A stretch of DNA of 64,000 bases, taken from assembly GCA_973895155.1 (NCBI GenBank), contig OZ316898.1:6001079-6065078 (forward strand). The letters are read 5' to 3'. The position numbers were made by a program, and so were the translations under genes. Under the pieces are notes generated by a model, which did not search any database, was not told the DNA's origin, and saw nothing but the letters and a program-made list of their open reading frames with translations. Origin of the DNA: Marsupella aquatica. Its lineage: Eukaryota > Plantae > Marchantiophyta. This document shows positions 38,399-51,462 of this stretch, piece after piece. Position 1 is the first letter of the stretch. Each line of letters begins with the position of its first letter.

Positions 38399-40884
38399 GA
38401 ACATCTGCAACCTCCATCTAAGAGCTTGGCAGATGCAAAAGAAACCCCTACAGAGGTTGGACCTTCCATGAGTGGCATGGTGCAATGTTACAAAGACCCT
38501 GTGACTGGCCAGCTATTTGGATGTAAGTAATTTCAAAGATTTTCAATGTATTTATCAATGTTGATCTATATGAATGTTGGATTCATAACTCCAGTGGTTT
38601 GCATGTGTATAGTGGTGGTTCCATCAACATCGATTGGGAAATCTAGACACTCTACAGTAGTGACATCCAGTCAGGGTTCAGGTAAGTCAAATTCAATGAA
38701 GCCTCCTCCTATTATATTGTAATATTTCTTGTCCCTCATTTTGCAATTGTGGATGATCAATATTGGATGCTCATTGTGTATGTAGAGGGAAGAAAGACTG
38801 CAACAAAGCAACGTAGGGAATCTAGGCAAGCCAAAAAACAATTTCAGAGAACCGGTAGTGCAAGAAAGGGCTGATAATAAGAAGGGAAAATTGATAACGG
38901 TAAGATTTTCATTGCAGATTTCATATTTGTGGCCTATAGTTTGTGTACTCAGAAGCAATTGGATGTTTGTTTCATTCCCAATGTTGATGACTATCATTTG
39001 TGGTGTTTTTTTTCAGATTCATGACAATGATATTGATGATTCTCATCCTAATAAACCATATTGGATGGAGGAACTATGTGCCAATGTTTTGAGGCTTTTT
39101 GATGTATCAGAACCTGACTAGAACAAACAAAATCCAAAAGTAATTGAGGATGTGCAGAAAGTGATGGAGGCAGATTGGGAGTATCCAGATAACCAGTCAG
39201 TGTCTTTGAAGAAATTTATTAGTCACTGTCGGACGTTATTGAAAAGAGAACGTCACAAACTAAATACTTATTGGAAGGACGTATGTAAACGTGATCGCTC
39301 CAAACTAGGACCTCAATATGTTGACCCATTGAAATGGGCACGACTGGTGGATCATTTTGATAGTCCTGCTTTACTTGCAAGGAGTGTTGTGATGAAAGCA
39401 AGGAGGGCAGAAGTGGTGAACAAAGAGGATTTTGGAAGAGGAGGGGCTGCTGGAGCAGAAAAAAGATTGGTAAGAATCTTCAGATGGTCCATCTCACTGT
39501 AGGTCTAGATTGTCATTTGAATTGAAGTGTTTATCTAGTATAGGAATAAACAATGACATGATGAGTTCTCATTAATATTCCAATTACTTTGAATGTGATT
39601 ATGTGTTTTCAAAAAGCTAAAGGAATGACGAGCCCTGTTATATCAAAACTTGTGTCTAGTAGTCCAGTCCCCCCAGTGCAGATCAGTCCATCTATGGGCA
39701 GTGGTGAACATTGAGGTAGTAGTTTTGTTGGAATTGGATCTGCACATGGATCAGCGGTATGTATGAAAACCTGTGTATATATTCAATTTTGATTATCAAT
39801 TATCCATGATGTTCAAATTATTATTGATGATTGACATTGTATGGTGTGTTTGTGTATGTAGACTCCACTGTCCAGGGAAACTACAATTCAGGAACCAACT
39901 CGATTACTCAAGCTTGAACAGTCTGTGGAGAATTTAACCAAGCTTGAGTTCAAAGTGGACAATTTGACATCTATGATGACTTCTTTCATTGCACAAAATC
40001 AACAGAATCAGTTCCATATGCAATTATCAAATGCAATTGCTACTAAGGTGGTGGTTGAGCCTAAAGGTAGTAGCAGGAAACGTTCTCTTACTTTCTCAAG
40101 TGATGGTGATGGTAAGAACATACAAACTTATACTCTAAACATATTACATATGCAATAGTTTATTTTTCAATTTAGAATGAAGTTTTCTAAGCATTCATTG
40201 TTTGGTTTTGTGGTAGCTTCTTTAGGGGACTATCATGTATCACAGCGAGAGAAATCAAATACCTTAACAAGGCAGAAGCCAAAGCCAAGTATGGGAGAAG
40301 CAAATTTGGGAGCACTGCAGGAACCTTGCGTTGTACAAAGCAGCATTGGTAATGGTGAGAGTGATGAGATTGCTGTCACAGATGAACAGATAGTGTCAAA
40401 TGCAATTCAGGAACAAGAGGCTACACCACCTAGGCCTTCAAAGAGATTCAAGAAATCAACCCCTATCACTATCTCACCTAGTGAACGAGGACCAGTTCTC
40501 TCCCCAAATCCAGCAGCAAAGGTGAATTTGTTTTCAGTTGGCTTATGTTCTTAAATTGATAATATGCCCAAATCAGTATTACAAGACAGTATTTTGTTCT
40601 AACAATTTTGTGTGTGACAGTTTTCAAAAGGAGATGCTGTAGAAGTACGAAGCGTTGTGGATCGCTCTACAGTTGTTGCTAGAGGTGAAGTGACAGGGTT
40701 ACCAGGAGAGGAGAAATTTCATTGTGTCATGATTGAGAGTCCTTGGGTGCAAGTATCAATTAAGGCAGTGTATTGTGGTGATGCAGCATTGCCAATGCCC
40801 AACAAAGAAGAGAAACAACTCTGCTTACGGAATGTGTTAGGAATGAATACATTGTGGAATGTTAGGTTTCTTGGGAAGTGTTGA
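38399..40884 (+). pseudogene. CACTA TnpA/Ptta-like second gene, multi-exon, with a premature stop
   Basis: PQYVDPLKWARLVDHFDSP...S..MKARR......FGRGGAAG (Ptta/En-Spm Transposase_24-like) and terminal VVARGEV...FHCVMI...VQVSI..V...DAALPMP......L......TLW (Tnp1-like); many short GT-AG-bounded exons; TAG at 39119. The 5' end is approximate. Confidence 0.75.
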
Positions 40885-40989
40885 ACATTTTCTCTGATCA
40901 TGTAGAGCAGAGAATTTTTGAATATTTTGGTTACCATTGTTTCACTCATGCGAGTGAAGAATGTGTACTTTCTATCACTTCATCATAAA

Positions 40990-41133
40990 GACTTCTGTTT
41001 TTTCAATTGTTCTATACTAGAGCTTGTGAATGTTGGAGTGTGAATTTCTGAATACAATGATGACTTCTGTTTTTTCAATTATTCTATATTAGAGCTTGTG
41101 AATGTTGGAGTGTGAATTTCTGAATACAATGAT
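40990..41133. repeat. 72-bp tandem duplication
   Basis: 40990-41061 and 41062-41133 differ at two positions. Confidence 0.9.
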
Positions 41134-41243
41134 GATGCGCAAAGTGATGTCTTTGTTTAGGGTTTTAAGTGGATTCATTGTATGTGATTTTGAATGTAAC
41201 TATGAGCTCTTCTTAGATACATCCCAAATGACATTACTTAGAA

Positions 41244-41530
41244 ACACCCTGTATGACACCCTCAATGACACCTATATGACATCCTCAATGATACCCTGCA
41301 TGACACCCTTAATGACACCATGTATGACACCCTCAATGATACCATGTATGACACCCTCAATGACACCTTGTATGACACCTTCAATGACACCTTGTATGAC
41401 ACCCTCAATGACACTCTCAATGACATCCTGTATGACACCCTCAATGACACCTTGTATGACACCTTGTATGATATTTTTAATGACACCATGTACGACACCC
41501 TCAATGACACACTAAATGACACCTTAAATG
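41244..41530. repeat. 12-bp subterminal tandem array (ATGACACCCTCA / ATGACACCTTGT), ~23 units
   Basis: Directly visible; shares the ATGAC core with both TIR regions; explains the spurious low-complexity ORFs here. Confidence 0.95.
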
Positions 41531-43825
41531 ATTTATTATTGTGTCATTTATGACATGTTTGATATGACATAATGACAACCGTGCGTAATTGCCACGTGTT
41601 ATAATATGATTTGTTTAAATATGTGTCATTAAAGACATGCCTAAATGACTGACGGCCGTTCATTCAGTCATTTAGGATAACATGTCATTTCAGAAATATT
41701 GTGTCATTTAGGACTACCATAAATGACTGGTGAGAGTTTTAGTCATTTGTCTTAATTGTCTGTCTTAAAAGATGAGGCAAGTATGACAGAAAAGCTCTAG
41801 TCATATATTGGTACATATGACTCGTTTTTCAGTCCTCATTCTAGTCATTAAAGACACTATTTTCCACTAGTGGGAGAAAGAGCCGTGTCTTATGTATCTG
41901 TGCATTGGAACCCTCTCATTGACTATTGCTCGTATGAAGTAGCAATCTTGAAATACAGCCTCTAAGCAAAATCTCCAAATCGTGTTATACGCAAAGTAAC
42001 TGAATTACTAGTACCTCGATATTACCTTTGTTAGGAATTGACTCAAGTTCCCGAATTTAGTTATTTTGGCCTTACTAGGTTTAGTTAACCCTTGATTACA
42101 TTAGAATAAGATTCGCTTAGATTAGGTCCACACATCTTAGACAGGCAACCTTTTGGGTTGTCTAGCACCTTGCTTTGTTTAGGGATTATTTTTTGGGTCA
42201 CTATAGTAGAATATATCTATACTACAATTTGCGTTCAATGTCTATTGTTCATAACCTACTCCAAATGTGAAACAATTGACCACAATTTATCTGGTAAGAT
42301 ATATATTTTTATATATTCTGACTAATAATGCTTTAGTGCTTATTATGCATAATTATGCTCTGGTATGTGGGCTAGTACATCTTGAAAATTAGCCAAAATC
42401 CTCAGGGGTCTCACTGTATCGGGACCTCCCCATTACCTGCGACGTTTTTAGGCCTCGGACCCCCTAAAATGTAAGAATTTTTTTTAATTTTTTAACCCCT
42501 ATATTCTTAGAATATTTCAAAAATTGGATTAAAAAGACTCTAATGTTCTTATAAGTCTCAAAATTGAATTTAAAAGACCCTATTGTTCTTTTATAAAAAT
42601 TCTTAAATTTTCCCTTAGAACCTATAAAATGACTCTATCCTTCGTCGCACGTGATATGTCATTTTTGTGGAAGTGAAACCCCTGAGCCAAAATCTCCTCC
42701 CCCCATGTGAAGTTGAATGATATAACACAGCCAAAGAACAGAAAACACCAAACAGGGAGATAGGATCCAGAAGGCATGAGATCCAATAAAGGGGACAAAC
42801 AAGGTAAAAACTAGGAAGATGAAGAGCCAAAAAGCCCAAAGTCCCCAACAACAACAACAAAAGATAGTAAACCCTAATCCTTACTAAACAACAAATGAAA
42901 ACTTTGGTAAAGCTTCGGAGTACACAACATAGGAGGTCCCAAAGATGAATTTATCTAAACACTATTATATGAAATCCTACAATTTCTTTCTCATTCTCTC
43001 TTACTAGATGATTCTAGTGACATTTTCCTTTAACCATGACAGGAGCCCCCAGAGGAGCCTATTTTTCCTTGACGATGAGATGACCGTTGAGGTGCCAGTG
43101 TGACCCTATTTGCGCTCAACTTTTCGCTCTCTTTGCATCTTGCACTCTCCTTGCAATCCGGTTGCAAGTCTGCTGACTCTTGCAAAGTCCGACTTCCTAG
43201 CCATCTCAATTATGGTAGACAACACTTCGCTCAACATCACTTACCATGGACAAGACTCTTCAACCCAAGGGCATTGAACAAGTCTAGAGGGCAAAAAACC
43301 GACACAGCTGCTATTGAGGGAGAGGACAAAGTTACATTATTCTGAGGCCCTGCCTTGAAAGGAATCATTGCGTCGGCCTTATCCAGAGCTTAAAAAATAG
43401 GCTGTTGCTTTTGATGGAGAGGAAGGAAGGGCAAAATTAACATTATTCCTGAGTCCCTGAGCCTTGAAAGGAATCACAGCGACAGCCTTATCCAGAACTG
43501 TCCTATCGTTTTGTGGGGTGTCCAGTTGTAGGGTCTCCTTCCGTTCAATGAAGATTGGGGGACGAAGGAGGTACCGAGCAGAGCAGACCGTCCGCCATTC
43601 ATCCATGGTAATCGCAGCATGTTGTAGAGAAAACGATCTTAGCTGCACGAGAGAAAAGGTGGAATGTGCTTGCTGGAGCTGAGATTTAGCGTACAGTAGA
43701 AGTAAGAGAATCAGTCAAGCGACGAGGGTAACCTCTCGGGCAAGCAGAGGGGAGCAGAGCAGAGCTGAGCAGGGGTTTCGACTCTGTTGTCATCGATTTT
43801 GTTGCAGCTCTCGTTGTTGTGTGAG

Positions 43826-46800
43826 ATGGCTGCGGTTTCAGCCTCGATTGTTAGTGCTGCTCTCGGATCCGTTGCTGCGCGGCAGACGGCTGCAACTCAG
43901 GTGTGGACTCGATCGGAGCCCATAGCGATTTCTCTTTGAGAGATTCGAGGACTGTCCTGTGCCGTTCGCCCCCTTTTTTCCTGCTTCAGTTGGGTTTCAT
44001 TGTTCGTATCTACTGTAGTAGAAGTGGTAAGCGAAAGTTTGTGTGGTTTGCGTGACAAGAATGCTTGATCTAGAACCTATGGCGTAAGATATCAATGACG
44101 AAGAAAATAAAAGGACCCCCAGCTCTTGCATGGTTGCAATGCCATACTTGAGAAGTAGAGCCCAGGAACTCCGACCAACAGCATATGTACCGACCCAAAC
44201 GTCACAACACGACTGAAGCAACCCACACCACATAAGTTGCACTCACTTCTTGGGACGGACAACAATGGGAAAAAAACTAACATTCTATGCACCCATTGGC
44301 TTTTAGATCGACAACTCTCAAGTGAAGCAGTCCTCATTCTATGTGGACACCTGCACCACAATCTCGAGAGAAATTCACAGGACCTGAGTTCTACCTCTGA
44401 AGCTTCCAAGGCGTGTCATAGTTGCTATATCAAGGACACTGTTCAGTCTTTCAAAATACACTCGGAAAACCATTTTATGATACAGTACGCACGGCCAACA
44501 AAGATTGCAGACAGGTAGCAACAAAGCAATCTTTATGTTGGAAGAAACCCTAGACTCCAACAGCTGACACAGCAGTGATTGTCTATTTGAGAAGTTTGTC
44601 TGTCTTTTGCTGTACAAGTACTTTTGGTTACTTCTGAAGCCTGGATGTTACCGTTTCGTCTTCTGACTCTTGTAATTCTACATTCTGTTCTGCAGTTGGT
44701 TGCCACATTCAATGGATTAAGACCGTGTTCCGTGCTGAGGCAAAGAGCCACCTTCCGCCTGCCGGTGGCTCCTCGGAAGTTGACCATCACCTCCCTTGTA
44801 AGCACTCGCAACAGATATCCCTTTGAATGACTAGACGGTCAAGGAATATGCAATGACCTTCGTGACATCAAGTGGGTGGGGTCAGGGGTTTTGTCTAGTT
44901 GACACATCTGTAGTCTTGGTTGACACATCTGAAGTAATTCTCGTCTATCAAGTATCAGACATGGCAAAGCCGGGTTAAAAAGGAACCCTTGTCTGTTCAT
45001 TTTGATGTTCAAAAGTAAGTGGTAGACGGTTTACATCGGTAGAAATCAGAGATAAAACGGTGTTGAAATATCCTGAACCAGATCCGTTACAACGACTCAC
45101 GATGAGAGCGTACAATGGGACATTTTCAAGGCTAGAAGTGCACAGCATGACATGGTTAGAGGAGATATCAAGCAAGAGACGCATTAAATGTCTAGTTGTA
45201 GGTAACGATTTCATGGGCTTGTTGCTGCACTATGGAACTAAGCCAGGAAATTTAGTTTGTGATGAACGATTTTCTGACTCATACCTGGTATGGTTGTTTT
45301 TTTTGGCTTGACATGATGAGAATCCTTTCCTGATGTGAAGAAGTGGGATCAGGAGAACCATGACCCAATGTGACCAAATATGAGTTTACTGACAAGCTTT
45401 TTGGTGGATTATCCTTGCAGTTTGGAAGGAAGAAGCCTGCCGTAGTAGTGAAAGAAACTGTCATACCGGGCCCCGACTACCGCATTCCCATTGTATTGCT
45501 CGGTAAGTATTTAGCATCATATATAGTTGCTTTGGCGTAAAATCTCTATAGACGAGTGGCTGGCCTCTCTTGTAGGCCAAATGCGTTGAGCGATTGAAAA
45601 GATGCTGCCCTATATCATGTTTAGTGATGTGTTTTGGTTTTGCTTTGCCGGAATTTCAATTAGATTCATCCACTAGCACGACAATTTCGGGGCCTGGACT
45701 CTTTCCACACGCGTCTGCACTCACCAAAACCCATAATATCAGCGCTCGATGCTATCCTTTGCTGTGCCAGGTTACCTCGGAAATGTAATTTGCTATACCA
45801 CCTTGTCTAGAAATCTGTGATATTCTTGGTTCACTGATTAAGCATCGTGATGCCAAAAGTGCTCTTGGACGTCTGAAACTCTCTTGACTGACGCCAACTT
45901 CTCTAATGTTTTCAGGTGCGGCTGGGGCATTTATTTACTCTGAAAATCTATTTGCTGCAGCTCCCGTGGGCCTCCTTGGGTTGTTCTTGCTCTTTCAGGT
46001 ACTTTGAAACCTTTGACTTCGTGAGTTTAGCTTTGACGTGATGTGATAGGATTCATTGAATACTGCAGAATTGACTATTAAAACGTAATTGAAGCCACGT
46101 AGTGCTCAAAGCTACTGAAATGTGGTAAATTGATCGCAAAGATTGGGTGACATCAGCTATTTTTAGGCACGCAATGGATGAAAGAACCGATTGATTAATT
46201 TGAATGTTACAAGTTTGGAAGAAGTCTTACATCATGTGGTTTGGAATTCACAGACCACCCGTGTCAAATTTGTATTTGACAATGATGCCCTGGTATGTCC
46301 CACCTGTTGGAACTTGGTTTCCTTCAAATCTCTGTTGTGATGTCTCGCAAGCAGTATTTGTATGCTATTCACGATCTGTAGCTTTGGTGGCCGCGGGAAA
46401 TTTGCTCTGCTGAGGTTGCCGACTAGCGAATCTCATGTCGTTCACTCAGTCGTATCTATATTCTTGGTATTTTCTTCTTTTAGACTTCTCACCAGAAGCA
46501 AATATTTTTTGCTCCAATTTTCGTATGGTACTTTATTGATGTGTAATACTGTAATGCAGGAAGTGAAAATTGGGGAAGATCTTCAGGACTCAGGAGAAAA
46601 TGTTTTCGTTGGTGGCGAAAATCGTTGGAAGTATGTTTTAGACGAATAAGATGAAGCATTTCAGACCTGTATTTGAGCACAAGGGATACATGGCCGCCTT
46701 GTTTACGGAATAAGTCTCGTCAGTTGAAGATATGATGCGGTTCAGCTATGCCATGCCTCAACCTTGGTCGCCATGTAGAAAAGACACTGTCTTTAGGGTA

Positions 46801-47470
46801 TAAGTGAGCAACCTAATCAAAATTAATACACCTTGTTAAGTGCTTACTGTGCAATAACTTCCTCCCACAGGTACTCAACTTTCATCAACTGGGAGTTTTG
46901 GTGGCCGAATTTTCCGGTCCTTGTTTACTTTAAGGAATCGCAGACAAAGCCTGAAGGCCAGATCCACTTTTTCCCAATCATTTTTGTAAGTATCACTATT
47001 GCTCTAATTCGGATTTGCAGCGAGGGAGTCTTCTTCTACTTTAATCTCGAAAATCGTCCCTTATAATTATGACATCTCCACGCGAGAGAAAAGTGCCTCT
47101 CGCTCAGTTTTGTTGGTAATCCAATACTCTTGGTGAACAAGTTGTCAGGATTAAGAGAGAAACTATTACTATGCTGCTGTGTGATCTGTGTACTATCCAT
47201 CGTTTAGAGCAGATTTTGCACCTAAAGCGGGTATAACCTGTTGTAGACTGTTCAAGGATGCTCTGTATAGTCAGCAGAGCTGCATTGCTTTTTGAGTTGG
47301 TGCCTGTGAGTGCCAATTATCATGGCATCACTTATCTGGCCCCAGCTCTTGAGTTGTGATCATCCGCTAATGAAGATTTTCTCTGTTGTCTGGGGTGTCA
47401 GAATGGGAAACAGGTATATGATACGATGGTAGAGCGTTGCGGACCTTCTAAAAATAGCGGTCCAAAGTAA
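43826..47470 (+). CDS. DUF3119-family protein, likely plastid-targeted membrane protein, 211 aa, 8 exons
   Basis: Exons 43826-43900, 44696-44797, 45421-45502, 45916-45998, 46254-46292, 46560-46630, 46871-46985 and 47402-47470 splice in frame. Ala/Ser-rich transit-like N-terminus; PDYRIP, GLFLLFQTTRVKFVFD..LEV, GENVFVGGENRW, NWEFWWP.FPVLVYFKE.QT...GQIHFFPIIF. Confidence 0.88.
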
Positions 47471-48076
47471 TGTCCAGCAGTTGATCAAGATTAAAGGGCA
47501 GGAGTCCGTTCTTGGATGTGCAATCGGCTAGCTTGTCCTGCGTAGCGTCGTGGATCCAGGCAGATACCAACATCTGTGTTGTATAAAACACCTTCTCGGA
47601 GGTAGCATTGTAATATTTGTTGATGTTCTTGCATGCCAGTGATGTATCCAATGTGTATTTCAATCATGGCAGCATATTAGCGATCACCGTGTAGCCTCGT
47701 ATGTACAACCTTCATGACAACGGACTGGGAAAGAAATGTTGTACGCTCTCTAATCAAGGGCGACGGTTTTGCCGAGTACTCGTCACCTAATGCTCCCTAC
47801 CTCGTCTAAGTGCCTTTGCGAATTGCATGATTCTTTCCCCTCGCTAGTTCGATGGACCCTCAGCCGGGGTGTTGAAAATCTCTCCTACAGCAATCATTTA
47901 ATGAGAATATTAGAAAGACCATCAGTGGAGCTGTCCCTGGAGTGGTCTATCTAGCAACAACGTGGCAAACTTGCTGTTCAGAAGAGATTTCGCGAACGCA
48001 AGGCGAACGCCAGCTCACCTGGGAGTCAAGTATAGATTTGGAGTGGCCCGAGTTTTTCATACTTGACACCCAAAAA

Positions 48077-50582
48077 ATGGGGACTTTAACGGCGGGGCAG
48101 CCGATACACACCAGTCTGCCCCGCCATGGATGGGTTGCAGATTCTCTGATTGAATCCAAGAGTTGGAGTCCTCCGTCTCCACTACTTGATCTAAGCGTGG
48201 TTCTTCCACGCTTTCATTATATTCAGGTGAGTAGCTTCCTATCCACAATGACAGAGCTAGAGTTCAATGAGGAATTCTACGGGCTATGTATCAATTCGTT
48301 TCGTGAATTCTCCTCTTATAGGTTGTCTTCTCTTCCTACAGGTGCCTCATGTAAGGCAGCTGTACAGCTGGGATTGCGGTTTGGCGTGTTGTTTGATGGT
48401 TTTACGAGCTTTGGGCGTTGATAACTGTGATCTGAAATCATTGGCCAAGCTATGCTCGACTACAAGGTAAAGAAATTCCTTTTCAGTTCACTCATGATGA
48501 ATGGAACTGAATTGGGACATGGCCATACCACCCCATCTTGATTTTTGGGGGTTCTTGTGTGTCAGTTAAGGTAGAAAAGATTGTAAGGAGAGCTATGAAT
48601 TGCTGGCGAGCTAAGAATCGCTCATATCAAACAAGCTACACAAGGTCTGGCATAGGTGTTTTAACACGTTCTCCTGTCTAGTAGGAGTCTGCTATTCTAC
48701 ATTTGATGCATAAGTCACACTGGATATGATTGAAGACAAACACTGAAGGTTTGCACTTATCGTTGCATGTGGACTGTGCAGCGTATGGACCATTGATTTG
48801 GCCCACTTGTTACGTCGCTTTGCCGTCAGTGTGTCTTTGATCACTGTGACAATTGGCGCCAACCCTCGTTTCGCTGTGGAGAGTTTTTACCAGGTTAGTC
48901 TTCTCGATGCGTAGTGATCTGAAACTGCTATTTGTATTTTCTTGTACACACTAGAAGCTTGACTTTTATCTAGACCTTTTGTATCGTCATTCATAGTAAT
49001 TGGGTGAACCGGGGTCGAAGTTGATCTGAAGGCGCAACGGTTATTTTTCAGGATCACATGGAAGAAGACGGTGAGAGAGTGAATAGTCTTTTTGAGCAGG
49101 CTCCGCTAGTTGGGATCCAGATACAGGTCATCTTCCTGCTTACGATATCTTCTTGCCTCTGCACTACTTGTCCGAGTATGTTCTGCGGTTGTACAGCCTT
49201 AACAATTACTTTCCTTTTGATTCACCCTCGTGCTGCCACTCGGTGAGAATGCTGTGTTGTCATACTTCGGTCCGAAAGTAGGAGGAAACCATGCTGTAGT
49301 ATCAGAGTTCTTCAGTCTCTCAAACTGAATCTCATCAAGCTTGTTGGATGATTCAGTGGCGCTCAATCAGTGGAGACGAAATCTGTATGCTGATGCTATC
49401 TGGCAGATACCTGGCTATTGCATTGGTGGACAAGAGACGGCTAAGGTTGGTTGGTTCCTTGTCTGCTGCAGTGTCTACCTCGACGAACTTCGTGGGTTGT
49501 TGTCATAATTTAGCTTTAGCCGCACTCGTTTTTTCATTTTCAACCTAGTATCCTGAAACTAGTGCTTGCGTCTCTAATCCGTGGCTTGTCTTGATTGCCT
49601 GTACCCTAACTGAATTATGCGGTTTCATTTGCAGTCATCCCTGGTTAGATGATCTTTGCTTGGGAGATTGTTGTGGTACAGACACTGGATATACAGGTGC
49701 GTTCTCATCCTTAACTCTTAGCCTTGTGAGTTCTTTCGATTTCTAATCTTTATCTCAAGTGTCCTCTTGTACATCAAGTACCTATTGCCAAGATCGTCAT
49801 GTTGAGCTGAAGGCATCATGGGACGTCGAGCACATCAGACTTTTGCATGAAGCTCTGACAACTTCGACTGTAGTGATCTTCATTACCCAATTGGATGCTT
49901 CTGAGTAACTTGGACGGATTATCTTTGCTTTTGTTGACATGTTGCGGCTGTCATTGCTATCCAGGGCATTATGTGGTAATATGTGGATATGACTTAGAGA
50001 CAGATGAGTTTGAGATCAGAGATCCAGCTAGTAGCAGGTATTACTCTCTCTTGGACGTGTGACATCACCCTAGATCTATCTAATCTTCTGATTGCTATTT
50101 GCTACGACATGTGAGACCCTGTAAAGCTCATTCTTAAGTGTTTTGCTGCAGTGGGAGTGGACGCATCTCTTTGGATGCATTGGAGGCAGCACGGAAATCT
50201 TTTGGCACGGATGAAGATATTCTTTTTGTAAGCCTTTCTACACACCTTAGTTTTGAAATAAAGGCAAACATAAAATTTACTTCAATTAGTAACGGGGAGT
50301 TTGCCTATACCAGGCGTGGGGAAGGATCTTTGGAAGGACACTGAAGCTGGATGAGCTCGTTTGTTGGGATCCTAGTATGTTTAGGATTTTATGAGGGCTG
50401 CCTACTAGAACTCTCCACACTTTCAGGCTGTACCTTTGTCTTGAACAAGAAGCCGTCCTGTGATGAGCTGACAATGGACCCGCATTGTGCAGGTGTCTCT
50501 TGACAGTCTTGATTCAGAATCAATAGCCATGGATGCTCTGAAGGAGCCCAGTCAATTCAACGTAGACTTTAGACCAACTTGA
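48077..50582 (+). CDS. GC1: Guanylyl cyclase 1 / GUCD1-family protein, ~283 aa, 9 exons
   Basis: Exons 48077-48226, 48342-48466, 48782-48893, 49052-49126, 49357-49445, 49635-49696, 49965-50037, 50152-50227 and 50493-50582 splice in frame; VPHVRQLYSWDCGLAC, SVWTIDLAHLL, TIGANP, YTGHYVVICGYD, RDPA, ARKSFGTDEDILF. Start codon less certain. Confidence 0.9.
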
Positions 50583-51462
50583 GCCGGCAACTTTAGAATT
50601 GGTGGCCATAGTTTGCAAAGAGCACCGGAAATTCATTGTAGAAATCAGACCCGGAATTTAGTGACATAGTCGGCTGTTCGAGCATCCGCGGTCAGGCTTT
50701 GCTCTCTCCACGGATCCTAGACAATTCATTGTAGAAATCCGATTCCATTTGTCTGGCCCATTCATATTATGAAAGGATATGTCTCATGTAACTTAAATCC
50801 TTATTCATCCGGTAAGAATATGTTTCTGTTTCTGATCTAGCTTGCATAGTATATCACTGTAGTTAGCTTCATCAAATCTGGAAAGGCACACAGGCTCAGC
50901 TTTTCTTGTGAATTTCTGATAGCTGAGTAACTGTCAGTCAACAGGTTGTCCATGTAATCCAGAAGACTGAAAATTTAGAAAGCCATCGTCAATAGGAATG
51001 GCCACATAATATTAAGAGTTATTCATGAATGTATGATCTATGATGGACCGTAAAGTGTGGCACTGGAAATATCCCTTTATTCACATTCAGGTTGCTTCAC
51101 TGACGGGAAGTGGAACACGATACTAAATTAAAGAAGAATTCAATTCGCAACAAAACACTCGGAAAATACACTCTTAATGTCTGGTGGGAGTCCCACACAG
51201 AATAAAAAGCGGGATTTAAAGAGGCCGGTCTGAGGGTATACTCGACGTCTGCTAATATAGTCACTACTACCGGAAACTAACATCCGATCAAATAATGTTA
51301 GGATGAAGTTCTGTCACATTGACTGAGAAGCTTTATCTTGATTGGAGATCACTTGGAATGCTGAACTAGACGCCTTGAGAATGATCATAAAAGTAATCTA
51401 AGCCAAATCTAGCCTAGACAGTAAGTGTATACCATGCATGGAGGTTCCAATGTAAATCTCTG

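Larger units (their letters stand above)
17352..41872 (+). mobile_element. Full-length CACTA (En/Spm) DNA transposon, 24,521 bp, with cargo genes
   Basis: Left end CACTAGTAGAAAATGGGGCCTTTTATGACTA; reverse complement of right end CACTAGTGGAAAATAGTGTCTTTAATGACTA; 3-bp TSD GGA at 17349-17351 and 41873-41875; ATGAC/GTCAT subterminal repeats at both ends; internal TnpD and TnpA-like genes. Confidence 0.96.
16853..42684. mobile_element. Old non-autonomous long-TIR element (~1.3 kb when reconstituted) split by the CACTA insertion; TIR arms ~16853-17120 and ~42400-42684
   Basis: Inverted matches: TTCACTTCCACAAA..G.CATAT (16860) vs 42654-42678; AAGAACATTAGAGT (16954) vs 42537-42550; CTTACATTTTAGGGGG..GAGGCCTAAAAA (17043) vs 42445-42475. 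No TSD recognisable, so the ends are approximate. Confidence 0.7.

Noticed and set aside
41102-41553. Three ORFs with MTPS/YDTLNDT/VSLR repeats
   Set aside because: Translation artefacts of the 12-bp subterminal array.
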